Assembly: GCF_009914755.1 (NCBI RefSeq)
Contig: NC_060939.1
Strand: one strand, 5' to 3'
DNA from: the human T2T-CHM13v2.0 reference genome, Homo sapiens
DNA length: 64,000 nt
Shown: positions 28,577 through 41,500 of the stretch, one piece after another
How positions within the stretch are numbered: position 1 is the first letter of the stretch
Layout of the letters: every line of letters starts with the position of its first letter
Translations under genes and position numbers: made by a program
The notes under the pieces: model-generated
What the model was told of the DNA's origin: nothing
The model's database searches: none
The model's input: only the letters and a program-made list of their open reading frames with translations

Positions 28577-29399
28577 CTGTATGATTAAAAATAAAATTCA
28601 AACAAGAACAGGAAACAATAAATGAGGGTTGAGAAACAAGACAAATGTTTTGTTTGCTAAAACCATTTCATTTGTTTGCTAAACCATTTCATTCACTCCA
28701 AAAAGTCATTGTTGATTCAGAATCACACAAGCAACAAGAACCAAAGAAATGAGTATTGAACTCCTAAGCAAATTTTAAAATACTACTAAGGAATTTTAAA
28801 ATAAAAATAAACAAAACTGCCATTTATATGTCTTCCTTGATATCATGCTGCACTGGAGAGAGAGAGTTAAATGCTGGAGAAGTTCTAGAAACCATTAAAA
28901 TTGATGAAAACAAAAGACAGAACCTATCTACCAGCTCACCAAGTTTAGAATGAACTACAAATGATGATGTTTTGTTTATTCTATCTGATGGGCTTTTTGT
29001 TTCTTTGCACTGTTGTTTTGTATATTTAGTTTGTTGTGATTGTTAATGTGCAGGCAAAATGAAAAGCAGATGATCTGGGGATTGTCCCTTGAAGAACATA
29101 GTGACTGAAACCCAGAGAGGCCTGTGCAAAAGGGGGGCACGCAAGCTGCGTCACAGACAGGGTTCCTCAACCATTTCTAATCTTGCTCCTATCCAAATGC
29201 ATAAGAGCCTTTAGCTATACCAAGAAATCACTAAAAAAGATAGCACAATCCCTTCCAATTAACTGTGCAATTTTTTTTTCCTAGAAAATGTTTTACTGTA
29301 AATTATTTAATAAACACATTAAGAGGAAACAAATCCACTTACACTTTGAGTCATCAGTATCTTTGAGTGAATCTTTAGCAAGACATTCACAGCCCATAT

Positions 29400-29815
29400 C
29401 AATCTGGCCCCTGCATTCCTTTTGAGTTTCATCTTCTATCACCACTTTTAAGTCTACACTTTTTTTCCCATCATGCCAAATTGCTTGTTCCTCATGATTG
29501 AATGGGCTCTTTCTTGCCTCTGTGCCTTTGTACTTGCCATTACCTCTACTTGAAAATATCACTCTCTCCAGGAAGTCTTCCCTGATTCTCCCACAAAGAA
29601 GTAAATTTGTCTCCCTCTGTGCTCTCAAAGCATTGTGTTCATTCCTCTTTTACAGTATTTGTCATACCACTGTGTGATTATCTCACCCACTAGACAGCAA
29701 TCCCTAAAACGAGAGCCATGTTCTATTCACAGTCTTATCCTCAGACTTTAGCACTGTGACCGGGGCACGCTTAATAAAAATGTCAATGGATGAATGGCTG
29801 GATGGGTAAATGAAT
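29400..29815 (+). mobile_element. L2 3' fragment
   Basis: ctctccaggaagtcttccctga...cactagac...ttagcactgtgacc...gatgaatgg. Confidence 0.7.
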
Positions 29816-31416
29816 ATAAAAACATAACTCAGTACAGAAAATTCTCATGTTCAAACCTATAATTCCTAGGTGAAATTGTGAGTTGGCATTTTCAAATATT
29901 ACCACTCTTTCTGAAAGAGAAAACAGATAATTGTCTGTCTTGCCTAGAATGGTCTCTTTCTCTCTCTCTCTCTTTTTTATTATCAGCAAGTGAAAAACTA
30001 TGCTAAGACTCTGAGAAAAAACAAAGGCCAAATTACATTCTGCAAAGCATCAGGATTTGAGCAAATTAGAATCATGATTAAAAAAAAAAGAAAGAAAGAA
30101 AAAGCTTTCTGACCATACTAGCAAAAACATAGTCAAGTCTCCTTAAATTAAAAATGGCATTTCATGGTTCCATGAGTTTCAGGCTTTGAATATGATGGTG
30201 TTCTTGAAGAGCATCTATCTTACCTCCTTCTTTCAATGCACTTAGAGACAGAGAGAGAGAATGGTATAAATTATCACCTGAGTACTCTTAATGTCACCAC
30301 ACATTGGATTCTTTGAGCCTGAGAGAAAGTCAAAGTATAACTCATAAGATTCCCTTTCCATATTGTGGTCTCTGGGGAATTCAGCTTGGGGGCCACCAGC
30401 TTTAAGACCCAGATGACAGTCGTAATTTTCAGTTACTGTTCTTCTGTGCATAAAGGAATTTTGTGTCATGTGGACAAACTTTCAACTGAGTTTGGCCTGC
30501 AGCTGAGCTCTGTAACTTTCCATGGTGTAGAAGGCAACACATCATTATGTCTGGAATCCAGCTGGATAATGCTCTAAGCACTAAGAGCTAACAACAGACA
30601 GCTGATCGCAAGGGAGAAAACACAATATCCTCATACCCAACTTCTTTTGTCCTCTAAGAAACTGTCTACAAGAAGATACATTTATTGTCCAAACCCTAAA
30701 GTGAAAAATGATCATCAAAGCCAGAGAAAGATGTGAGATTAATTCCTTGTGCATATAAATTATAATTTCACTGGAGCGTAATTGGAGCTTTTGTATTTTA
30801 AATTAGAAACTCAGAAGAGTATTTTCATGTTTGTTCAAGATTCAGAATCTGAACTACATTAAAAGTACAATGCAAGTTCATTCTATTAGGACAAGAACCA
30901 GATTTCCTAATCAAAGCAAATTGTTTGGCATTGCTGTAAAATGCTGCTATTTAGAAAAACCACTAGAGGTATCTTAATGGCAATAATTTCGTATAGTAAT
31001 TACATGAAGGTCAGGTTGTGCTCCACAAATCACAAACATTAGTAAGAGCAATAATTATAATACATCCACCCAGTTGCATTATTTTAATTAAGTAACAGTG
31101 AGCCGTAACACTCCCCTCTAGAAAGGCACTTAAATAATAGTGCTAAGTGGTCTATAGTCATTTAGACAAGATTGATATTCTGTGAATTTAGCATTTCCTT
31201 GGAGCCTCCCCTTTACTGTGGTGATCCAAATAATAATGTATGAGATATATATTAGAAGTTTCCTTTCCCTTTGCAAACAGGAAATCATCGCATATGCCCT
31301 GTATCTAGTAGTGACATTTGTCTGGAAAAGACAAAGGAGGTCTCATTATGATAGCACAAAAGAGATGATTATTGCAGTGAAGAAAAAGAAAGGACAAAAA
31401 CCTTAGGCAAACTCAC

Positions 31417-31564
31417 CAAACTGTGGCCATTTATGATTAAGGCATAATCTCCTGTTATGGTTTCTTCTACAATAGAATCCAACTCCAGCTGCTGCTTTTT
31501 TTCACAAACTACATGGCCATTGGAAAAATTTCTGTTTTGTCCAAACAAATTTTGTTTTGCTTTC
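31417..31564 (-). CDS. ATP8B4: Coding exon F (148 nt, phase 2-0): KAKQNLFGQNRNFSNGHVV...GDYALIINGHSL
   Basis: Acceptor cctttaag|GA; donor TTG|gtgagt; ALIINGHSL motif; phase fits both neighbours. Confidence 0.94.
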
Positions 31565-33936
31565 CTTAAAGGAGAGGGTGAAAAGTGAAACATAACAAAG
31601 CATACAGAGCATGCCTACTAATTCTAACAAGAAACTTGCCTAGAGGTAAATTTATTTCACCACTATTCAGAGAGAATATGGCATAAGACCCAGTTTCAGT
31701 AAGCAAGCTGGATAATTCTTTGTGATGGGAATATCTTAGCAAATTTCCAAATTCCAGGATGTAGGAGAGTAAACATAATGAAAATACAATATCTTGAATG
31801 TTTAAAATGACCTAAAAGCTAAATCACCATCTTGAGCTGTGTTTGAACTAGGGGATCTTGATAGATTTGGTACTTAAGACTGTCTGAGCTTCAAGGGCTT
31901 AAGAACCACTATCTGGCAGGCATGCTGTTAAATAATGGAAAGCACAAGACTAAAGACAATTGATGAAATCTTCTAGGAATTCCAGGACATCTATATATAA
32001 AATAAATTCATCAATTTGAGGTACAATGTAATACGATCCAGCTTAAAATAGTCCTCTGAGAAACATATTTTTTAAAAAAAATTTAACAAGAAGAAAAATG
32101 ATGGTACTTACTGAATTGGCATAGCCATTATAATAGGATAGAACATTTTAAGCAAAAATTGTATTCAGCTTAAAAAATAGAATAAATCTTCTAGGAAAAA
32201 AACTAGACACCAAAATATAGAGGGTTGTTCCAAATGGAAACGCCCTCCAAATGCTCTAGATCTAATTAGCAGTAGCTATAAAGCAATCCTGCTCACATCC
32301 CATGCATCTCTGCCATCTAAGAGGAAGATTGTATGGTGACATAGCACACTTAGAAGTGGCATTCTACTGTTCTCTCCAAAATGGAAAGATGATGCCCTTA
32401 AAGGAAGGGAAATTCCTCTTCAAGAACAGTTGAGTGCAGGCTTTGAAGTAACATAAGGCAAGCTGACAAACCTACAGAAGCTTCAACCACGACCAGAGAA
32501 CTATCCAGCATGGGTCATAACTGGCATTTACAAAATGAGCACTCAGGAGAACATGGAGAGTGAGAGAAGACCAGAAAGTGAATATTGTGTCTTTTGGCGA
32601 AATGAAATTACTCATCCTGTGTAGAAAATATTTATTAAAATGGTTTTATGCTGAGGCTCCTCTGAAAGAAGAGAATGTCCACTTACCAAAACAACTGTTT
32701 TAGCCCTCAGCTGTCTAATTATTTGAAAATGTAACACCAATTGTTTACATACTAAGTTTAAAAATAAAAATGATACAAAAAGATACATTAACTTCTAGCT
32801 CAATATCTCCTTCTGCTGTCCAAGACCAAAATCACATCTGCATTTAGGAACCCAGAGGTCACATGGTTCCAAGAATGATATCACACATTTAACAATCAGT
32901 TTGCAGAATCAAAGAAAAAGATGTATAAAGTCAGAGTGCTATGTGTGAAATTTAGGGAGTTACAAAGGGGAGAGGGAAGTAGAACAGACATGAAAAATCA
33001 TTGTTGTAAGTGAGAGGATCAGACTTTCCCATCAGATAACTATGTCAGGGAATCCTCCTCACAGTCATGAAAATGTACAGTGCCAAATAATAAAGAAAGC
33101 AAGGGAGACAAGTTCCTTGGAAATGAACATTTCTCTGACAATGTTGCAGAGCTCATAAATTGTGACTTCAGAAAGCACCACAGGGAAAACATCTCCTGAG
33201 TACTCCTTTTGAGTAAAGTTCTCACTCGCTGTATAAATGACTCAATCTGTTTTCCCCTTAGAGAGTAAAAACATTCCAAAGAAGGGTGAAGTTCATGAAA
33301 GTATTGGCTGAAATTCTATTTACTTAGGATTTTTTTCTCCTTAAACTGTCTTCCTAACATCTCACATGAACCCTTTTCCAGGCAGAAAAGGGACAGTTTT
33401 TCTGGCTCTGCTGAAATTGTCACTGCACTTTCTCTGTACAGGCCAACGTCTCTTGGCCAGATTGGGCTTTCATATTTTTAGACCTTTGCCCACGCTCTGT
33501 AGCTGTCATTTCTTTTTCTTCCTGGAATTTAGCTCTTCAAACACCAGCTGGTTCTCACAAAAACGATTTATTAGGAAGGGAAAAAGCTACACATAACTCC
33601 CTTCAATGACTATGAGCTATACATTTTTGAAGCGTACACACAATGCTTAACCACATAATACAAATAACAAATGCTAAAACAAAAGAGTGCCTGTTTTTTC
33701 CAAGCTGCGTAATGAAGGGCAGTTTATTACAATTCTTGGCATGCAGAATCGCATTAACAGTTGAGGCAACTGTGGCATTCACAGCCCCATGTCACTACAA
33801 GCACAGCAAAGCATAGTTAGGCACATACTGGCTTGCATACAACCTATAAAGAAGAAAAGAGGATGGTTGGAAAAAAGAGTCGTTTAGTCAGTCCTCTTAA
33901 GGCACTCTATATTGAAAGGTTAAATTGATCTGTTGT

Positions 33937-34273
<337 letters not shown>

Positions 34274-34894
34274 TTAAAAGAAGAAAATCTGGACTTTGAT
34301 ATGAAAGCTGGAGCTTTGAGCTTGGAACCTGGAAACCTGGGTTCAGACTGCCTCTGACATCTTATGTTTGTTTCCACAGTTGAGTTATCTGACCTCTAGC
34401 CACTTGATTAGCCAGCGACAGATCCATGGCTGGAACCTACGTCTTCATATTCACAGTTCTTGGTCTACTGCACCAAGCTGGTTTACACATAGAGTCAGCC
34501 ACAGACTGCCTCTAGGTTGGACTAAGACACAGTGCTGGAGGGACAGTTTTAAGGGACAGCACTACCCTGCCAACAGTAGAGAAAGGGAGAAAGTACATGA
34601 AATTTTGATTTGAATTCCCAGTTCCATTCCTTACTACCCTACCTGAGAGACCTTTAAGATGTTCAACCACTGAACCAGTTTCATTATTAGAGTTCATGAA
34701 ATGGGACCAGCCAGTCAGTTTGGCTAGTGCCCCAAGCAGTCAAAATAGATCATGAAAACTTGGGCTGCTGCACCAGTGTGTGCCAGAAGATCTACAAGAT
34801 TACCTAAGTAAGTGCTCTAAAATTTTATGATTCATGAGAGAAATTTAATGTACTAAAACATTTTTCCTGGGTGACTAGGGGTTAGGAATTAGGA

Positions 34895-35072
34895 CCAAAA
34901 TGCATTTTGTTTGGCCTGCACAGTGTCTTAAAGAATCTCTATGGCTTTATGGCCAACATGATGTTCCCACTCACCAAAGGCCCCATCACTCCCTGATGTA
35001 TAATAGATAGCCCAGATCACATGATTAATGCTATATGCCTGTTCCTGAAGCCATTTGCATTTGAGAACCCTG
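34895..35072. mobile_element. MER102-like hAT fragment
   Basis: ttgtttggcctgcacagtgt...cctgaagccatttgcatttgagaaccctg. Confidence 0.5.
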
Positions 35073-36039
35073 CACATTCAAATAAATAATTTTCCACCAA
35101 GTAGATGTTCAAAAAATACTGATGCATATTTTGCTGATTAAAGAAGAAATATCAATTCCTAGTTATATCACTGGGATACTTCTTAGAAGCAGTGGAGTCA
35201 CTTTATGATTTAGTTAAAGAACATGAGTTTTTCTAATAACAAAACACGTGATCAATGCTACAAAAATGAAATACGGAATGAGTTTTCCTCTCAGATCAAT
35301 CAAAATTAAATTCTCAGTCTGTTTTCCTTTCAGCAGAAGACATATGAATTGGTGAAATGTATTCAATGTAGTAATTTTCTGAGAAACCATAGCAGGGTTT
35401 AACTGTAGCTTTCTAGGCATGCCTTTAATAATAAGGCAGCTACAGCAGCAAAATTAACCCAGGACTCAAAGTGTCTAAAATGGTTTCACGACACTAAATT
35501 TGAAACAAGCCGTATGTATGATATGTATAAAAATTATATATCCATGTTTATGAAATAATCTAAGCACATTTGACAGGTTTAAATATAAGCATTTTGGTCA
35601 TTTCTTTTCAATAGCTACTATTGTTCAGATCCTGTTCTTTGGTTACACTTTCTTTTTAAATGAACTCCCACTGAACTCAAAAGCATAACACAAGAAAAAG
35701 AGATGGTGCAAATTTATGATTTCAATATTTCATCCCAAAGCTGTAGGCTTAGATATAAGTAGCTGAGATTAGGAGTATAGAGAGCAACTTTGAGCAATAG
35801 CTTTTTTGGATGCCATTTTACCCTCAGTCCTAGTATTAAGAAAATGCACACTATAACTATAATGATTTCTCTTACATAGAATTTTCTATCATATGTTGCC
35901 TCTCTGTCTTATACTCTAAGAATGGGGTTACCTACAAGTCTGAGTAGAAATAACATTATTTTCCAGTCAGCTGAGCAAGGTGGCCCCAAGGCTCCTGAAA
36001 TATTGAGTCTAGCTGGAAATTCTTTATTTTTTTTCTTTT

Positions 36040-36730
36040 GAATATTTTTTCTTCTCATTAAAAAAGATAATTTTTTTAGCTTTTTTCTAATTGTAAAAGC
36101 ATTACACAAACACTATTACAACATCAGATAATACAAACAGCCATAAAGAAGGAAGTAAACATGATCCATAATTCTATCACCCAGAGAGAACCACTGTTTA
36201 TATCCTCCAGATCTTGATAGGCAAGGAGGTAAGGAGGTGGGTAGATGTATAGTGTTTTATACATATATGTACCTACATATATATACACACACACACACAC
36301 ATGCACACACACTTTTTTGCAAAAAGAGAGATCACATTACGCATGATGTTTTGTAGTCTCATTTATCATTTAACAAAAATATCATGGGCATTTTCCAATG
36401 TCGAAAAATACAAAATCACTTTGAATGACTGAAGAGTGTTCCATTGCATGTATATATCATAGCATTTAACAAAATCCTTCATGGCTGGTTATTTGAGCTA
36501 TTTCTCATCTCTATTATCATAAATCAATACAGCAATAAATATTCCTTTTTATACAAATTCATACATTTGTTCACTTATTTTCTTAAGGGAAATTTCTAGA
36601 AGAATCACTGGGTAAAAACTATGCGTATGTGTAATTTTGAAACATATCGCTAGTTTGTCCTCTAGGGAGTTTCTATCAACTTACAGTCCCAACAACAGCA
36701 TACAAGTAGTTCACATTTCTCCATATTCTT
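36040..36730 (-). mobile_element. Old L1M 3' fragment with an embedded (TA)/(CA) microsatellite (about 36258-36312)
   Basis: Reverse L1 motifs: aatttctagaagaatcactgggtaaaa, ttacagtcccaacaacagca. Confidence 0.6.
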
Positions 36731-38569
36731 TCCACGTAATGACAGTTGTGTCATCTAGCCAACCAAATGTAGTTGGATAAAATCTTGAGATATTAACTCA
36801 ATCGCTCCTTTTCCCACTACTACTAGGACCACAAGTGATCCTCTCCATTTAACTAGAAACATACTTTGCTTCAGGAGGATCTGCAGAGCCAAATATAGAA
36901 GGAGAAAAATACAACGAAACTTTTGTTTTTGAGCACCAAAATAGGGCTTTGAAACTCATAGCAGCATCATTAGTCTGAATTTCAGCAATCTGGAATTTCA
37001 CTAATTGGACTTTTGGAAAAAGAAGGGGGGGATTTCTTTAAGTATCAAAAGAATAAACTTTAAATGAGTCAAGGCATTAAAATGATGACAAAAGGAGCAG
37101 AGTAGGAAGAAATTACTTTCCTTCATTTCCCATCCCAGCCTAGGGAAAGGGGACTTTGAGGAGTTTAGAAACTGATAAGTGATGGCTAAAAAAAGCCGGG
37201 GTCCTGACCCGCCCCTGGATTGGTAGTGGATGAAGGAACCATGTGGCTAATGGAATCCTCAGATAAATTTAGGGGAATCAGCAGAGTAAAGGGATTTTAG
37301 AAACTGAAGTGGCCATATAAGAACACAAGTCATCTTGGGCATAGAGAGGTGAGGAAGAGCAGCCACACTTTCCATGGTTCCCCAGCAGAGTGTGGAAGTC
37401 AGCCAAGAGGGAAAGCCAACAACAACCCTAAGAGAGCAGAGACCAGACAGGAACACAGACGTGGGAAGTGCTGGATGCCAGCAGGGTAGACACTGATGAA
37501 CAGTAACAGGTGAGGCAATTGTACATCCCAGACTTGAACTAAATTTAACTGAAAATGCCTAGTTTAATTGTTCTGTCCTCAGACAGAAAGAGGTTCAAGT
37601 TCAGTTTTAGAAAATTTAATGAGTTTCTATTCTTGCATGCCTGAGCACACTCTGGGCTGTGAAACCTAGCAGTGACAAAGCCTCCTACTATTTCTCTTCA
37701 CATCCAATCAAATTACAAGACCTATTCATTCTACCTCCAAAAAGCTGTCTATTTTATTCTACCCTTTCCTTCCCCACTGTTTCAGGCCTGCTGCCCTTAT
37801 TGGGGAAATAGTTACAAAAGTAGTCCTTGTTGGTGGAAAGATTGGGATCAGTGGCTGAAAGAATGAAGGAAGGGAGAAGGGAGGAAATAGACAAGGAATG
37901 AGGAAGGCAAGAAAGATGCGCATGGAACAGTCATAAAGCTTTAAGTTCTTATCTAATCCCCCAAATAAAATAAGATATAGAGTAGATATTTGTATCCCCA
38001 TTTTACAAATAAGGAAACCAAGCAAACAGAGGTTATTCCCATATCAAAAGTTTCCCACTCAGCCTAAGCATGAAGCTGAGATTCCAACTTGAATCCAGCT
38101 GACATGAAGCCCATACTCTTTCTCCTACATCTGCTATTTCCCCTGGAAATTTCTGCTGACTCTACTTGCTAATCTGGTGTCTGACCATTTACTCAAGTGA
38201 AGCAGTAAGATACCTTAACAACTATATTTTTAGGTTAATTATTAAAGGGAATAAAAATAAATCTGAGGTATGTTTAGGGAAACACATGGCAAGTGCACAG
38301 CCTCTGGGACCAAGCTGCCTAGATTCACATCCCACCTGAACCACGGACTACTTTGGGCAAGTTACTTACCCTCTATATACTTCGACTTCCTCATATGTCC
38401 AACAGGGAAAACAGTAATGCCTACGATTGAGTTTCTTAAGAACAAAATGAGGTAATACATGTGTACTGCCTACAATACTCTTCCAGGCACTGTCTCAAAA
38501 CATTTAGCAACAGGCTTATTAAAATCTAGATCTGTTTGCATCTATCTTCCTTCAGCAAGAGTCAAGTTC

Positions 38570-41500
38570 TGAATGAGAGTGGTCCTTCAAGATGTACGAC
38601 TAAAGGCATCTGGCAGTTGCCTCCTCCACAAAGAAGCACCAAGATAGAGAGTAGATAATCATACTTCAAATATGTCATCTAAGAGAAAATATTGGAGTTC
38701 AAGAGAGAAGTGACAGGAAACACCTAAAAGAAGAAGAGGGAAACAAGGCATCCTGTCTGGCTGGGAGCCCAGAAAGGCTCTCCTGTGTAGGGAAAGTATA
38801 AGTGAGGGATGCCCAGTGGTCCACAATCTCACCACAGACTCCACTCCTAGCCATAGGAGAGCCTCTCAACCCTTTCAGACCCTGAAATTAACATAGGGAG
38901 CTGCCTGAAGACAAGGCAGTGCCATTGCCCCAGAGAGGGAGCTCACACTGGGTCCCACATACCACAAAATGACAGCAAAGTGTCATTTTGAGAGCCCAGC
39001 CCCACCAGACTGCATCCTGCCTGAGGGCCCAACAGTACTTGGCTTTCCACATTCCTGGAGCTCCACTGACATTCCCCACCTGCAGCCACCACCACTGCCA
39101 CCACTGCCACCATGGCCAAAGTGCAAGACGCTGACAGCAACCCCACTACCCTTCCAGCAACAGGACTTCCTCACATTTCCACATGCCCTAAGGATAGGCT
39201 ACCTTACATATAGCTGCCACCTACAGCCAAAGCACACACTTCCCAGCCACCTGCCTAAGGCTGCTACTACTAAAAGCAATCCCACTCACCCCAGCAGCCA
39301 GCACGGCCAGAGTGCAGCTACTGCCACCCCCACCTGAGCATTCCACCAGAGGCCTTGGGATAACCCTGTCCCTGCCACCACAGCCAGCACCCATACATAC
39401 CACTGGACAGCGGGGAGAAGGGGAACATACAGACAGGTCTGTCCAGTCTGGCTTTGACCGCACTCCATACCCCCCACCCCAGTACTTGAGCATACCACCT
39501 AGGGGCCTGGGGATCACCCTGCTCCATCCACCATCCACTGCCGTGGCTCCATCCACCATCATGACCACTCCTCCCAGAGACTGGAAGACAGACTAACCCA
39601 GCCTGCCACTACCACCACAGCTAGCACCCACCTGCACTTACCACCCGTGGACCTGGGGAATGGCCTGACCAGCCTGTCACAGCCACTGCCAACACCAGCA
39701 TAGGCTATTTGGGAGCCAGAGAGTTGTCCAACCACTGCTACTGCCATTGCCTATGCCATGCCTGCAGCCCAGGGGCCCAAGGTCCAGCCCACTGTTTCTA
39801 CTGCTGTCACCTGAGCAAGCCTCCTGGTGGCCCAAGAATCATCCCACCAGGACACACTAATGCCAGTGCCAAATGTGCTACCCTTGGACCCAAAGACAGG
39901 CAGGCTCAGCCTACCACTGCTCCCACTGGGGCCCAAGGACTGTCCCACCTGCTGTCCCCATGCCCAATAAAACTTCACTACAGTCTCCATTAACAACCAC
40001 ACCCTAAGCCACTGAGGAAGTCACAGACACCACTGGCTTTGTTTACCAAAAAAAAAAAAAAAAAAAAAAAAGAAAGCCAAATAAATTATATGGAGACTAT
40101 ACTACTGCACACATCCAGAATCAAAGCCAAAGTGCCCTACCCAACCAATACCAAGATACATATTGAGGAAGTCCTCTCCTATGAAAGTAAATCCACAAAA
40201 TTGGAAGAAGCGACTGTTATACCAGATGTGCAGATAGCAACGTAAGGACACAAGAAACGTGAAAAAGCTAGGAAATACAACTCCAAAGGAACACCATAAT
40301 TCTCCAGTAACAGATTCCAATGAATAGGAAATTTATGAAATTCCCATAAAAATAATTCAAAATAATGATATTAAGGAAGTTTAGTGAGATACAAGAGAAC
40401 AAAGATAAACAATACAAAGAAATGAAAAAAACAATTCAGGATATGATTGAGAAATTTACCAAAGAGGTAGATATCATAACGAAGAACCAAACAGAAATCC
40501 TGCAACTGAAGAATTCACTGAATGAAATAAAAAAATATATTTGAGAGTTTTGACAATAGACTAGATCAAGAAGAAGAGAGAATTTCAGAAGAAGACAGGT
40601 CTCTTGAAATAACCCAAACAAAAGTAAAACAAAAGAATTAGCAAGAGTAGACAAAGCCTACATAACGTGCGAGACAACATAAAGCAACCACATATCTGAA
40701 TTATCAGCATTCCCAAAGGTGAAGAGAGAACAAAAGCATTCAAAAGCCTATTGATGAAATAATAGATAAAATCTTCCCAACTCTAGCAAGAGATTTAGAC
40801 ATTGAAATACAGGAGGCCCAGCAATCCCCAAACAGGTACAATGCAAAAAGGTTTTCTCTGTGATACATTATAGTCAAACTGTCTAAAGTCAATGACAATG
40901 ATAAAATTCTAAAAATAGCAAGAGAAAAGCATCTAGTCACCTATAAAGGAGTCTCCATCAGACTTACCGTAGACTTATCAGTAAAAACCTTACAAGCCAG
41001 AAGATAACAGGATAATACATTCAAAGTGCTGAAAGACAGTATCTGGAAGTCAAGAAATACTATACCCAGCAAAGTTATCCTTTTTGGAGAAATAAGTTTA
41101 TTTCTAAATAAAGTTACTTTATTGTGGAGAAATAAAATTACCCTCTTTGGGGAAATAAAGTCTTTCCCAGACAAGCAAAAACTAAGGGAATTCAACACTA
41201 CTAGAAAAGCCCTACAAAATAATTGAGGGAATCCTAAACCTGGAAGCAAAAGGACAATATCTACTATTAAGAACAACACATAAAAGTGCAAAACTCACTG
41301 GTAAAGCAAACACACCAATGAGGAAGAGAAAGGACTCAAAGTTACAACTAAAGAAAACTACTGACACAAAAATATATAATAAAAAAGAAATAAAGGAACA
41401 GAAGATATATACAACATCCAGAAAACAATTAACAATGTGACAGGAACAAAACCTCACATATCAATAGCAACTTTCAATGGAAATGAATTAAATTTTCCGC

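Noticed and set aside
36990-37670. Possible ancient LTR remnant
   Set aside because: Only vague resemblance; no clear TG...CA ends or TSD that I can support without a Dfam search.
38888-40002. Many overlapping 60-120 aa ORFs on both strands
   Set aside because: They fall in the GC-rich, repetitive L1 5' UTR where stop codons are scarce; low complexity, no domain motif.
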